Positions 17,609 through 27,138 of a DNA stretch of 64,000 nt are shown in pieces; positions within the stretch are counted from its first letter, which is position 1, and every line of letters starts with the position of its first letter. Location of the stretch: positions 12,769-76,768 of the forward strand of contig JAHFFT010000003.1 in assembly GCA_023247795.1 (NCBI GenBank), given 5' to 3'. This stretch comes from Candidatus Omnitrophota bacterium. Lineage in GTDB: Bacteria > Omnitrophota > Gorgyraeia > Zapsychrales > JANLHA01. A model generated the notes under the pieces. It worked only from the letters and a program-made list of their open reading frames with translations, was not told the DNA's origin and did not search any database. The translations under genes and the position numbers were made by a program.

Positions 17609-18259
17609 ATGTCAAAAATTTTTCGCGCGATAACCCTTTTAACAGGACTCATCTTCATATCCATCAATTTAGCTGGTTGTACGGTGATCTTTCAAAAAGG
17701 GCGCCGGAAAGATGTTGAAAGGATTTCTGCGTTAAAACAGGAACTTTCGGAGTTGGAGCGGGCCAAACAAGAGCTGGAAAATCGTCTACGAAACGAAATC
17801 AATGATAAAGAAGTTTCGGTACAAATGGCGGAACGGGGTTTGGTCATCACCTTTGTTGCCGAGGTTCTTTTTGATTCAGGAAAAGCGGAATTGCGTCAAG
17901 AAGCGTTTGAAAGGTTGGATAAGGTCTCCAGCGTCCTGCAGACAACCGTCAGGGATCTGAGTGTTGGGATTGAAGGGCACACCGATAACGTCCCCATTAA
18001 GGTTTCCAATTGGAAGTCCAATTGGGAATTGTCTTCAGCCCGGGCCATGAGTGTTTTGCATTATTTGATTGAAAATCATCAAATCGATCCGGCCCGTCTG
18101 GCCGCGACCGGTTATGGAGAATTTCGTCCGGTGGATACCAATGACACAGTTGAAGGCCGTCAGAAAAATCGACGGGTTGAAATTGTGATCCTGCCCAAGA
18201 CAGCGAAGACGGCGGGACAGGAACCGGAAGTTGCTCCATCGTCGGAAAACCTCAAATGA
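17609..18259 (+). CDS. OmpA/MotB-family peptidoglycan-binding lipoprotein with coiled-coil region
   Basis: 216 aa. Lipobox NLAGC. Coiled-coil segment. C-terminal OmpA_C domain (GHTDNVPI...NWELSSARAMSV..YL.....RL...GYGE..P....). Confidence 0.75.
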   Translation: MSKIFRAITLLTGLIFISINLAGCTVIFQKGRRKDVERISALKQELSELERAKQELENRLRNEINDKEVSVQMAERGLVITFVAEVLFDSGKAELRQEAFERLDKVSSVLQTTVRDLSVGIEGHTDNVPIKVSNWKSNWELSSARAMSVLHYLIENHQIDPARLAATGYGEFRPVDTNDTVEGRQKNRRVEIVILPKTAKTAGQEPEVAPSSENLK

Positions 18260-18675
18260 TTTTAAAAAGGATTGAACGCAAGCAAGGAGGAGAACCCGTG
18301 AAAAGTAGAGCGTTGCCGGTAGCTGTTGCTGTAGCGATCATCGGATGTGTTTTGGCGGTCAGTGCCAATGTCACCACCAGTAAGATGCAGGATCAATTGA
18401 TGCAGGAGCGTTATTTACGGATGGTGGCGGAACGAAATTTAGAAAAGGCCAAAGGACAGATTCAAGGCCTGGAATCGGATTTGGCGGATGCCAAAAATAA
18501 GATCGATAATATTCAAGGGATTTTAACTCAAGGAAAATCGGCGAGTGTCCAAATGAATTCCGAATTGAGTTCTTTGCGTCAAGAAAGTCAGACATTGCGA
18601 CAGCAGGTCGTTAATCTTCAGCAGGAACTTCAGCAGGAAATGGATAAGCAGCAGCAAGCCGCGAGTACCAATTAG
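18256..18675 (+). CDS. hypothetical membrane-anchored coiled-coil protein
   Basis: 139 aa. N-terminal hydrophobic anchor, then heptad-rich Q/L/E sequence. ATGA overlap with the OmpA-family gene. Confidence 0.45.
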   Translation: MILKRIERKQGGEPVKSRALPVAVAVAIIGCVLAVSANVTTSKMQDQLMQERYLRMVAERNLEKAKGQIQGLESDLADAKNKIDNIQGILTQGKSASVQMNSELSSLRQESQTLRQQVVNLQQELQQEMDKQQQAASTN

Positions 18676-18734
18676 CCTTCGACGTTTTTGCTATTGTGTC
18701 GATCGTATGTCGTCGCGATAGTCCTTTCATAGAT

Positions 18735-18761
18735 GCCCCGCCTCGGCGGGGCTAATTTTTT
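18735..18761 (+). terminator. Rho-independent terminator
   Basis: GCCCCGCC-tcg-GCGGGGC perfect GC stem followed by TAATTTTTT. Confidence 0.7.
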
Positions 18762-18801
18762 AATCCCGCTTCGCGGAAATTTTGGACGTCAATCATGACG
18801 C

Positions 18802-19536
18802 ATGAGGATGATGTTAACAGCGAATTTGCCGAGACACATTGCTATCATTATGGATGGGAACGGGCGTTGGGCCAAGCAACGGGGGTTGCCGCGTTTTCAA
18901 GGGCATTTGGAAGGGGTTAAGCGGGTTGAAGAAATTGTGGAGAGCGCCAGCCGTTTGGGGATCAAGGTCTTGACCCTTTTTACTTTCTCGACGGAAAATT
19001 GGAAGCGCCCGCCGACGGAAGTCGCGATGCTGATGAAGACCTTCAGTTCGGCCTTGGAAAGCAAGATGAAGCGAATGATGGACGGGAACGTGCGGCTTAG
19101 CATGATTGGGCAGCATGAGGGGATCCCGGCCGACGTCCATGAACGATTGCAGAGGGCGACAGAGTTAACGAAAAAAAATTCCGGGTTGATTTTAAATTTG
19201 GCGTTCAATTATGGTTCCCGACTGGAAATCATTCAGGCGGTCCGTGTTCTCGCGCAAAAGGTTCAAGATGGAAAATTGCAGCCCAGTGCTATTGATGATG
19301 AAATGTTGAGCGCGCATCTTTATACCAGCGCTCTGCCGGATCCGGATCTTTTGATTCGCACGTCAGGAGAGCAGCGGATCAGTAATTTTTTATTGTGGCA
19401 GTTGTCTTATACTGAATTTTATTTTACGCAAACCCATTGGCCGGACTTCAATGAAGAGGAATTCAAAAAGGCCTTAGAGGTTTATCAACAACGGGAACGC
19501 CGTTACGGGCAAGTGACAACGTCTCCTCAAAAGTAA
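18802..19536 (+). CDS. uppS: undecaprenyl pyrophosphate synthase
   Basis: 244 aa. HIAIIMDGNGRWAKQRGLPR signature plus downstream cis-prenyltransferase motifs. Confidence 0.9.
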   Translation: MRMMLTANLPRHIAIIMDGNGRWAKQRGLPRFQGHLEGVKRVEEIVESASRLGIKVLTLFTFSTENWKRPPTEVAMLMKTFSSALESKMKRMMDGNVRLSMIGQHEGIPADVHERLQRATELTKKNSGLILNLAFNYGSRLEIIQAVRVLAQKVQDGKLQPSAIDDEMLSAHLYTSALPDPDLLIRTSGEQRISNFLLWQLSYTEFYFTQTHWPDFNEEEFKKALEVYQQRERRYGQVTTSPQK

Positions 19537-19554
19537 AAGGAATGCCCTAAACCG

Positions 19555-20376
19555 ATGTCCTTTAACCGACTGGTGAGTTCAACGATCTTGATTGCCATGA
19601 CGACGATCGCGGTCATCAATCAATGGATTTTTCTGATTGTTGTTTTGTCCTTGACCCTCGGTGGATTATACGAGTTTTTTTATATGGTCAAGAAAAAAAA
19701 TATCCCCATTTACAGTTATGTGGGGATTTTCATCGGGGTCTTGATCCCCTTGTCCATTTTTTTTCGTTTTGAACCGACCAAGAATTGGGAACTGTTGTTC
19801 ATTGTTCTCGCCTTTTTGACCATTTTGTTTTTACAATTCGCCCGTCATGACAATAGCAATGCCATCATCGGCATTTCCACCACGATGTTTGGCGTGTTTT
19901 ATGTTTCTTGGGCTTTCAGTTTTTTGATCAAGATACGTTTCCTTTTGCCTGGCACCGATGGGGTAAAATTGTTGGCGTTCATTCTTTTGGTCACCAAATG
20001 CGGTGATATGGGTGCTCTATTGATTGGTTCGTGGCTGGGCAAACATCCTTTGTTCCCGCGGATCAGTCCGAATAAGTCGGTGGAAGGAAGTGTTGGCAGT
20101 TTTGTTTTTAGCATTGGGTCGGCCTTGATCTTCAGTTCATTTTTGCCAGGTGACATTGCTTTTCCGCTATGGCACGTGGTGCTGATCGGAGCCTTTTTTG
20201 GCGGCATTGGACAGGTGGGAGATTTATCCGAATCGCTCATCAAACGCGATTGCAACGTGAAAGATTCCGGAAAATTCCTGCCGTCGCAGGGAGGGGTGCT
20301 GGATATCATCGACAGTCTGCTTTTTTCCGCACCAGCATTTTACCTTTACATGAGTTCGGTTTTGAAGACCGTTTAA
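19555..20376 (+). CDS. cdsA: phosphatidate cytidylyltransferase
   Basis: 273 aa polytopic membrane protein with the CdsA signature SPNKSVEGSVGS...KRD..VKDSG. Confidence 0.85.
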   Translation: MSFNRLVSSTILIAMTTIAVINQWIFLIVVLSLTLGGLYEFFYMVKKKNIPIYSYVGIFIGVLIPLSIFFRFEPTKNWELLFIVLAFLTILFLQFARHDNSNAIIGISTTMFGVFYVSWAFSFLIKIRFLLPGTDGVKLLAFILLVTKCGDMGALLIGSWLGKHPLFPRISPNKSVEGSVGSFVFSIGSALIFSSFLPGDIAFPLWHVVLIGAFFGGIGQVGDLSESLIKRDCNVKDSGKFLPSQGGVLDIIDSLLFSAPAFYLYMSSVLKTV

Positions 20377-20411
20377 GAATTTTGGATTGGATCGGACCTT
20401 AAGCGCGTGCT

Positions 20412-21572
20412 ATGAAGCAAAAGGATTTTAAAAAAGTTGTTATTTTAGGTTCCACTGGTTCGATTGGCATCAGCACCTTAAAGGTCATTGCCCGTTATTC
20501 AGAACAATTTAAGATTGTTGGGTTGACCGCGTACAACAACATTGACATTTTACTAAGGCAGGTCAAAAATTTTCAGCCCCGTTATGTGGCTGTTCCTCGA
20601 GCGGGACAGGCTAAGCTTAAAGCAGGCCTGAACGGTTTTTTGGTAAAGATTCTCGATGTGAATTGTGATCTCCCCGAACTGGTAAGCCGGCGGGAAGTGG
20701 ATATCGTGGTGATTGGTATGCGGGGCAGTGAGGCCTTAATCCCGTTTCTGAGCGCTGTGCGCGCTGGGAAGACCGTTGCCCCGGCCAACAAAGAAGCCCT
20801 GGTGGTGGCTGGTGATCTCCTGATGAAGGAGGCGCAAAAGCACGGGGCCAAGATCATTCCTGTTGACAGCGAGCAGAGCGCGATTTTTCAGTGTCTGGAG
20901 GGGCGTCCGCACAAAGAAATCAAACGCGTTTATCTGACGGCTTCTGGAGGGGCCTTACGCAAGGTTCCCCAGCGAAAATTCGCTGAGTTGACGGTGAAGG
21001 AAGTTTTAAATCATCCTCGCTGGCGGATGGGAAAAAAAATCACTGTGGATTCAGCGCTTTTGATGAATAAGGGTTTTGAGGTCATTGAAGCAAAGCGGCT
21101 GTTCCAGCTTGACGTCAATCAGATTGAAGTGGTGCTTCATCCCGAGGCGATCATTCACTCAATGGTCGGTTTTAAAGACGGATCGGTTTTGGCGCAATTG
21201 GGGGTGACTGACATGCGCCTGCCGATCCAATATGCCTTGACTTATCCGCGGCGTTTGCCGACCGGACTTAAAGATTTGAATTTTTTTGAATTGAAATCTT
21301 TGACTTTCGAACGGCCAGACATTAAAAAGTTTCCAGCGCTTTCGTTGTGCCTGGAGGTGGCAAAAGCGGACGGTACGCTGCCCAGTGTTCTCAATGCCGC
21401 TGATGAGGTGGCGGTCGAGGCCTTTTTAGACCTGCAGATTTCATTCTCGCGGATTTATCCGTTGGTTGAAAAGGTCGTGCGTCGGCATAAGAATTGCCGC
21501 CATCCCCAATTGAACGACATTCGCAATGCCGATCTGTGGGCGCGAGAAGAGACCAAAAGATTATTAAATTGA
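20412..21572 (+). CDS. dxr: 1-deoxy-D-xylulose 5-phosphate reductoisomerase
   Basis: 386 aa. N-terminal ILGSTGSIGISTL NADPH motif and DXR catalytic regions. Confidence 0.9.
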   Translation: MKQKDFKKVVILGSTGSIGISTLKVIARYSEQFKIVGLTAYNNIDILLRQVKNFQPRYVAVPRAGQAKLKAGLNGFLVKILDVNCDLPELVSRREVDIVVIGMRGSEALIPFLSAVRAGKTVAPANKEALVVAGDLLMKEAQKHGAKIIPVDSEQSAIFQCLEGRPHKEIKRVYLTASGGALRKVPQRKFAELTVKEVLNHPRWRMGKKITVDSALLMNKGFEVIEAKRLFQLDVNQIEVVLHPEAIIHSMVGFKDGSVLAQLGVTDMRLPIQYALTYPRRLPTGLKDLNFFELKSLTFERPDIKKFPALSLCLEVAKADGTLPSVLNAADEVAVEAFLDLQISFSRIYPLVEKVVRRHKNCRHPQLNDIRNADLWAREETKRLLN

Positions 21573-21585
21573 AAAGGAAAACCCG

Positions 21586-22665
21586 ATGAGTTTGATTATT
21601 TTTTTAACTGTTTTGAGCATTTTGATCATTGTGCATGAGTGGGGGCATTATATCGCCGCCAAAAAGGTGGGGGTAACGGTTGAGAAATTTTCCGTCGGGT
21701 TTGGTCCAAAATTATTTTCAAAAAATTTTCAAGGGACCGAGTTCATGGTTTCGGCGATTCCCTTGGGCGGATTTGTTAAGTTGGCTGGAGATGAGCGTAG
21801 TCAATGCAAAGGCGATCCGAGAGAATTCTATTCTCATCCAGTGTGGCATCGGGCCTTGATTGTCTTGATGGGCCCGGTGATCAATGTGGTCTTTGCTTAT
21901 CTTTGTTTTTATTGCATTTTTTTGACCGGGTTTCCGATGCTTTCGACAACCATCGGCAAGGTGATGGACGGATATCCGGCCGCGGAAGCGGAGTTACGAG
22001 AGGGAGATAAAATCCTGCAGATCAATCATGTCCCGATTCTCGGTTGGGACGACGTGCAAAAGATGGTCCGCTCGTCGAATGGAACGATGAATGTTGTTTT
22101 TGAGCGCAACGGTCAAGAGTTGACGAAGGTGATTGAGCCGCAAGTCAGCGAGGTCCCCAATATTTTTGGTCAAAAGCAAAAATTGCACGTGATTGGAATC
22201 CAACCGACCGAGCAAATCGTTTTTTTGAAATACGGCCCTGTTCAATCCATCGGCAAAGCTTATCAGCAGATTGTGGATTTGACCACGATGACAGTGAAAT
22301 CGCTTTATTATGTTTTTGTCGGTGCTTTGCCGGCCAAAGACGCCTTGGCCGGTCCCATTCGGATTTTTGACGTGATTAAGAATGCCGCGGACAAGGGATT
22401 GCCGTATTTGATTTATATCATGGCCGTGATCAGCCTCAGTCTGGCGATTTTTAATTTGTTTCCGATCCCGGTCTTAGACGGCGGCCATCTGTTTTTGTTG
22501 GCCGTCGAAAAAGTCAGGGGCCGGCCGCTTTCGGTCAAGATGGAAGAGGGGTTGACGCGGGCGGGGTTCAGCTTGATCCTGTGTTTGATGGTTTTTGTCC
22601 TTTATAATGATGTGGTGCAGGTCGGCTGGGTCGACGCTGTTAAAGGGTTTTTTCATAAGTTGTAA
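21586..22665 (+). CDS. rseP: RIP site-2 metalloprotease (M50 family) with PDZ domain
   Basis: 359 aa. HEWGHYIAAK (HExxH) in the first TM. PDZ region. LDGG motif near the C-terminus. uppS-cdsA-dxr-rseP synteny is conserved. Confidence 0.85.
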   Translation: MSLIIFLTVLSILIIVHEWGHYIAAKKVGVTVEKFSVGFGPKLFSKNFQGTEFMVSAIPLGGFVKLAGDERSQCKGDPREFYSHPVWHRALIVLMGPVINVVFAYLCFYCIFLTGFPMLSTTIGKVMDGYPAAEAELREGDKILQINHVPILGWDDVQKMVRSSNGTMNVVFERNGQELTKVIEPQVSEVPNIFGQKQKLHVIGIQPTEQIVFLKYGPVQSIGKAYQQIVDLTTMTVKSLYYVFVGALPAKDALAGPIRIFDVIKNAADKGLPYLIYIMAVISLSLAIFNLFPIPVLDGGHLFLLAVEKVRGRPLSVKMEEGLTRAGFSLILCLMVFVLYNDVVQVGWVDAVKGFFHKL

Positions 22666-22779
22666 ATTACTGACTTTTTCAAAAGTAAGAATTTTTATTG
22701 TAGTCAGTATAACGACCTTCGTTTTTTAAAAATTTTGTTCTATTAGCTGTACGAAGGTCAATGAACGAAAGGATGATCC

Positions 22780-24069
22780 ATGAATGAGAAGGAACTCAGA
22801 GCGCTTGTTCATCGGTATTTGATTGAACGCACCGATTTTTTAATTAAAAAAGATAAAATGTCGGATGATCAAATGCGGACATTTATTGACCGGGCGATTA
22901 CCGATTTGTGTTATGAAAAAGAAATTGAACTGCCAACGGAGCTGCGGATTTCTTTGATCCGGGACATCGTGAGTGCTATGGTCAGTTTGGGGCCGATCCG
23001 TTCACTCATTGAAGATAAGGACGTGACCGAGATCATGATCAATGGCGCGAATTATGTTTATGTTCAGCGCCAGGGTGTCATCGAACGGACCAATGTGAAG
23101 TTTAACAGCAATCAGGAACTGACGCATACGATTCAAAAGCTATTGTCGAATTCCGGCTCCAACCGTCGGGTTGATGAATCATCCCCTTATGTTGATTTTT
23201 CGCTGGCGGATGGTTCGCGGGTCAATGTGATTTTGCCGCCGGTTTCTTTATCTGGACCAGTCATGACCATTCGTAAATTCGCATCGGATATCACCACCAT
23301 CGACGATCTTTTGACTAAACAGATGTTGAATAAGGAAATGGCGGTTTTATTGATCTCGGCGATGAAGGCGAAACTCAACGTTGTTTTCTGCGGGGCCACG
23401 GGTACGGGAAAGACGACCGCGCTCAACGTTTTGTCGCGGCATATCCCGGAAAAGGAACGGATCATTACCATTGAAGATACCCCGGAATTGCGGCTTTTGC
23501 AGGAACATGTGGTGTCTTTGCAGGCCAAACCCGCCAACATCGAGGGCAAGGGCACGATCAGCATTCGAGACCTTTTCATCAATTCGCTGCGGATGCGTCC
23601 GGATCGGATCATCCTCGGTGAGGTGAGAGGCCTGGAAATGTTGGATTTGATCCAATCGATCAGCAGCGGACACGCGGGATCGCTGGCGATTGTGCATGCT
23701 GAATCGCCGGAAGACTGTTTTAACCGGATGGTCACGATGATGCTCATGTCCGGGATCCAATTGGGAACCCAGGAAATCCAAAAACAGATTGCCCGCGCCA
23801 TTGATCTGATCGCGCATATCGAGTTGTTTCCAGACGGAGTTCGTCGCATTACGAATTTGACCGATATCCGTTTCGATAAAGCGATCCAAAAAACGGTCCT
23901 GGAGGATGTTTTCTCTTTTAAACAGCAAAATGTTTTAGAAGACGGCCGGATCGTTGGTCAATGGATCAAAAACAGCCGCTGCCCGTCTTTTTATAAGAAA
24001 TTCGCGAAACGATTTGTTAAACTTCCCGATGGGTTTTTCAGCGCGGACGTCATCAGCGAGGACAGTTAA
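22780..24069 (+). CDS. CpaF/TadA-family type II/IV secretion system ATPase, with no cognate Tad/pilus genes nearby
   Basis: 429 aa. Walker A GATGTGKTT, Asp box, Walker B, and His box RMRPDRIILGEVRG typical of CpaF/VirB11-type hexameric ATPases. Confidence 0.75.
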   Translation: MNEKELRALVHRYLIERTDFLIKKDKMSDDQMRTFIDRAITDLCYEKEIELPTELRISLIRDIVSAMVSLGPIRSLIEDKDVTEIMINGANYVYVQRQGVIERTNVKFNSNQELTHTIQKLLSNSGSNRRVDESSPYVDFSLADGSRVNVILPPVSLSGPVMTIRKFASDITTIDDLLTKQMLNKEMAVLLISAMKAKLNVVFCGATGTGKTTALNVLSRHIPEKERIITIEDTPELRLLQEHVVSLQAKPANIEGKGTISIRDLFINSLRMRPDRIILGEVRGLEMLDLIQSISSGHAGSLAIVHAESPEDCFNRMVTMMLMSGIQLGTQEIQKQIARAIDLIAHIELFPDGVRRITNLTDIRFDKAIQKTVLEDVFSFKQQNVLEDGRIVGQWIKNSRCPSFYKKFAKRFVKLPDGFFSADVISEDS

Positions 24070-24072
24070 GAC

Positions 24073-25278
24073 GTGTATTGGAGCAAATATTTCATACCCA
24101 CTTTGAAGGAAACGCCGGGAGGGACCGAGGCCATCAGTCATCAGTTGTTGTTGCGGGCTGGTCTGGTCAATATGCTTACGTCGGGGGTGTATTCTTATTT
24201 GCCTTTGGGCTTGCGGGTCTTGCGTCGGATCGAAACCATCATCCGCGAGGAGATGGAGATCATCGGCGCGCGAGAATTGTTCTTGCCGTGTCTGCAGCCG
24301 ATTGAGTTATGGCACACCACCGGCCGTGACCAGACGTTCAAAGAAGTGATGATCCGGTTTGAAGACAAACGCGGTCGTCCGATGTGCTTGGGGCCAACGC
24401 ATGAGGAAGTGATCACGGATTTGGTTAAGCAATACGTTCAATCTTATCGGCAGCTGCCGGTGACCTTGTATCAAATCCAGACGAAATTTCGCGACGAGAT
24501 CCGACCACGTTTTGGGATCGTTCGCGCCTGTGAGTTTATGATGAAGGACGCTTATAGCTTTGATCGTGATCAGGCCGGCCTGCAAAAAAATTATGATTTG
24601 ATGTTCGTGGCATATAAAAAAATTTTTAGACGATGTGGTTTAGATGTCGTGATCATCGAGGCGGATTCGGGAGCCATGGGTGGAAGTCTGTCGCATGAAT
24701 TCCTTGTTCCCGCCCCTATCGGTGAGGATGAGGTGGTCATTAAAAAAGAAGGGAAAGAAGAACGCCAGGTCGCGATTGAATTGGGGCATATTTTTCAGCT
24801 GGGTACGAAATACAGCCAGGCCCAGCAGGCGTTGTTCCTCGATGAAGACGGTAAGCGCAAACCTTTGATCATGGGTTGTTACGGGATTGGCGTGAGCCGT
24901 TTGATCGCGGCGGTCATTGAAAAAAATCATGATCCGGCGGGAATCGTCTGGCCGCGGGAAGTCTCGCCCTTTGATGTCCAGATATTGCCTGTGCAAGTTA
25001 AAGAAAAGGAGTTATTGCAGGTCAGTGAAGAGATCTATCGAGAGTTAGAAAAACAGGGTTTTCAGGTCCTCTTGGATGACCGGGATGAAAGCGCCGGCCG
25101 CAAGTTCAACGATGCTGATCTGATTGGGATTCCTTATCGGATTGTGCTAGGAAAGCATTTCCTTAAGGAAGGGAAGCTGGAGATAAAAGATCGTCGGTCC
25201 GGAACCACGGAAATGGTTGACAAAGCCGGGCTGATTGCTACAATGCACCATCTCCTGAAGAACCGGCAAGTGAGTTGA
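24073..25278 (+). CDS. proS: prolyl-tRNA synthetase, short bacterial-type lacking the INS editing domain
   Basis: 401 aa. Class II motifs (..FRDEIRPRFG..., ..GCYGIGVSRL..) and C-terminal anticodon-binding domain. Length is consistent with an INS-less ProRS. Confidence 0.85.
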   Translation: MYWSKYFIPTLKETPGGTEAISHQLLLRAGLVNMLTSGVYSYLPLGLRVLRRIETIIREEMEIIGARELFLPCLQPIELWHTTGRDQTFKEVMIRFEDKRGRPMCLGPTHEEVITDLVKQYVQSYRQLPVTLYQIQTKFRDEIRPRFGIVRACEFMMKDAYSFDRDQAGLQKNYDLMFVAYKKIFRRCGLDVVIIEADSGAMGGSLSHEFLVPAPIGEDEVVIKKEGKEERQVAIELGHIFQLGTKYSQAQQALFLDEDGKRKPLIMGCYGIGVSRLIAAVIEKNHDPAGIVWPREVSPFDVQILPVQVKEKELLQVSEEIYRELEKQGFQVLLDDRDESAGRKFNDADLIGIPYRIVLGKHFLKEGKLEIKDRRSGTTEMVDKAGLIATMHHLLKNRQVS

Positions 25279-25757
25279 GGACGGCCATGACGTTAATCGA
25301 TGAGCTGAAAGAGAAAGTTCAGGATTGTGTCGTTACGATTTTAGTGGGTTCAGAGATTGATTTGGTGCATTTGCGGGTTAAGCGCAGGAACCGGGATTTT
25401 CTCATTGAGGTCTTTGTTGACAAACCTCTGGGGGGGATCACACTCCAGCAGTGCGCGGAATTGAATAAAATCATTATTCAGAAGATTGATGAAGGAAATT
25501 TGGTCGCCGGAATCGCGGGAAATTATTTTTTAGAGGTCTGTTCGCCCGGGATTGATTGGCCGATGAAGACAGAAAAGGATTTCTTACGGGCCTTGAACCG
25601 TCGGGTTCGTGTGTTTTTGAATGAACCGGTTGATCGTCATCTCGAATTTGAGGGAGTCGTTCAAGCCGTTAGCCACGAAGATGTTTCGATGGGCATGAAA
25701 CAGGGCGTTATGGCCATCCCCTTTTCAAATATTAGGAAGGGTATACAAGTTGTCTGA
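25275..25757 (+). CDS. rimP: ribosome maturation factor RimP
   Basis: 160 aa. Lies upstream of nusA-infB. RimP-like N- and C-domains. Overlaps the proS stop (ATGA). Confidence 0.75.
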   Translation: MRTAMTLIDELKEKVQDCVVTILVGSEIDLVHLRVKRRNRDFLIEVFVDKPLGGITLQQCAELNKIIIQKIDEGNLVAGIAGNYFLEVCSPGIDWPMKTEKDFLRALNRRVRVFLNEPVDRHLEFEGVVQAVSHEDVSMGMKQGVMAIPFSNIRKGIQVV

Positions 25758-25895
25758 AGAATAAAATTGAGTCCCGAATCCAATATCCTGTGTAACCCAG
25801 TTATTTTGTGTGAAGGTATTCATAAAGTGGGAATCTTTTTACGAACTGGGAATCTGGGTATCGGGGACGTTGGGTAACTATTAAGGAGAGGAAAG

Positions 25896-27122
25896 ATGGA
25901 TAATCGAGAATTATTGGGAATTTTAGAGCAATTGGAAAGAGATAAAGGCATCAATAAAGAGGTGCTCATTCAGGCGGTTGAGGCCGCGGTTGCTTCAGCG
26001 GCGAGAAAAGTCGCAACGGTTGGCAAAGAGGAAGATGTTCGCGCGGTCTTTGATCTTGCCACCGGACAGCTTAAGGCTTTCGCCGGAAATCATGAGATCC
26101 GTTCCAGTGAATTTGGCCGGATTGCGGCACAGACGGCGAAACAGGTGGTCATTCAGAAAATCCGTGAAGCGGAAAAGGACGTGGTGTATCACGAATACAA
26201 TGCCCGTATTGGGACCATTATCAGCGGCAGCGTCTATCGTTTTGAGCGCGGTAACATCATTGTGGATTTAGGAAAGACCGAAGGATTCATTCCGCGAAGC
26301 GAGCAATCCCCGAAAGAAGAGTTTCGTCAGGGCGATCGTGTTCGCGCGTATGTCTTGGACGTCAACCGCGAGAACCGCGGGGCGCAGATCGTGCTTTCGC
26401 GTTCCAATCCGCAGTTTGTCCGCAAGCTGTTTGAGTTGGAAGTTCCGGAAATTTATGAGGGGATTGTTGAGGTCAAAGCGATCGCGCGCGAAGTCGGCGA
26501 GCGAACCAAGATCGCGGTTTATTCCAAGGACGAGAAGGTGGACTGCGTTGGGGCCTGTGTGGGGATGCGCGGTTCACGGGTTAAAAATATTGTTTCCGAG
26601 CTGCAAGGAGAAAAGATTGATATTGTCCGTTACTCCGATGATATCAAGGAATACATTCAAGCAGCGCTTTCCCCGGCGGAAATTTCACAGATTCAAATCG
26701 ATTCCGATGACAAACGGGCCAATCTTATTGTCGCTGAGGACCAGCTGTCGCTGGCGATCGGCAGAAGGGGCCAGAATGTCCGTTTGGCCAGTGAGCTGGT
26801 GGCCTGGGAACTTAACATCTTCACGGCCAAACAATGGGAAGAAAATCAAAAGGAAGCGAATCAAAACGCTGCTGACGAAAGTGCCAAGGCGGCGACAAAG
26901 GCCAAGAAAAAAGTATCCGCGGACAAGCCGGCAAAAAAGTCAGAGGCTTCTGAATTGCGGAAGTTGAAACGAGTTGGCGTAAAAACGATAAAGGCTTTGC
27001 AGGAAAAGGGTTTTGATTCTTTAAAAAAGATCGCTGAGGCCTCTGCTGATGATTTGGCACAGGTTGAGGGGCTGGCGAAGACCAAAGCTGAGAAGTTGAT
27101 TGAGCAAGCAAAGAAATTTTAG
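25896..27122 (+). CDS. nusA: transcription termination/antitermination factor NusA
   Basis: 408 aa. N-terminal NusA domain, S1, tandem KH. C-terminal helix-hairpin-helix region. Confidence 0.9.
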   Translation: MDNRELLGILEQLERDKGINKEVLIQAVEAAVASAARKVATVGKEEDVRAVFDLATGQLKAFAGNHEIRSSEFGRIAAQTAKQVVIQKIREAEKDVVYHEYNARIGTIISGSVYRFERGNIIVDLGKTEGFIPRSEQSPKEEFRQGDRVRAYVLDVNRENRGAQIVLSRSNPQFVRKLFELEVPEIYEGIVEVKAIAREVGERTKIAVYSKDEKVDCVGACVGMRGSRVKNIVSELQGEKIDIVRYSDDIKEYIQAALSPAEISQIQIDSDDKRANLIVAEDQLSLAIGRRGQNVRLASELVAWELNIFTAKQWEENQKEANQNAADESAKAATKAKKKVSADKPAKKSEASELRKLKRVGVKTIKALQEKGFDSLKKIAEASADDLAQVEGLAKTKAEKLIEQAKKF

Positions 27123-27138
27123 TAAGGAATAAAGAAAT

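Noticed and set aside
26338-26967. 209-aa + strand ORF in an alternative frame inside nusA; similar alt-frame ORFs inside infB and proS
   Set aside because: Arg/Ser/Pro-rich nonsense translations overlapping genes whose primary frame carries clear family signatures. No RBS and no independent evidence.
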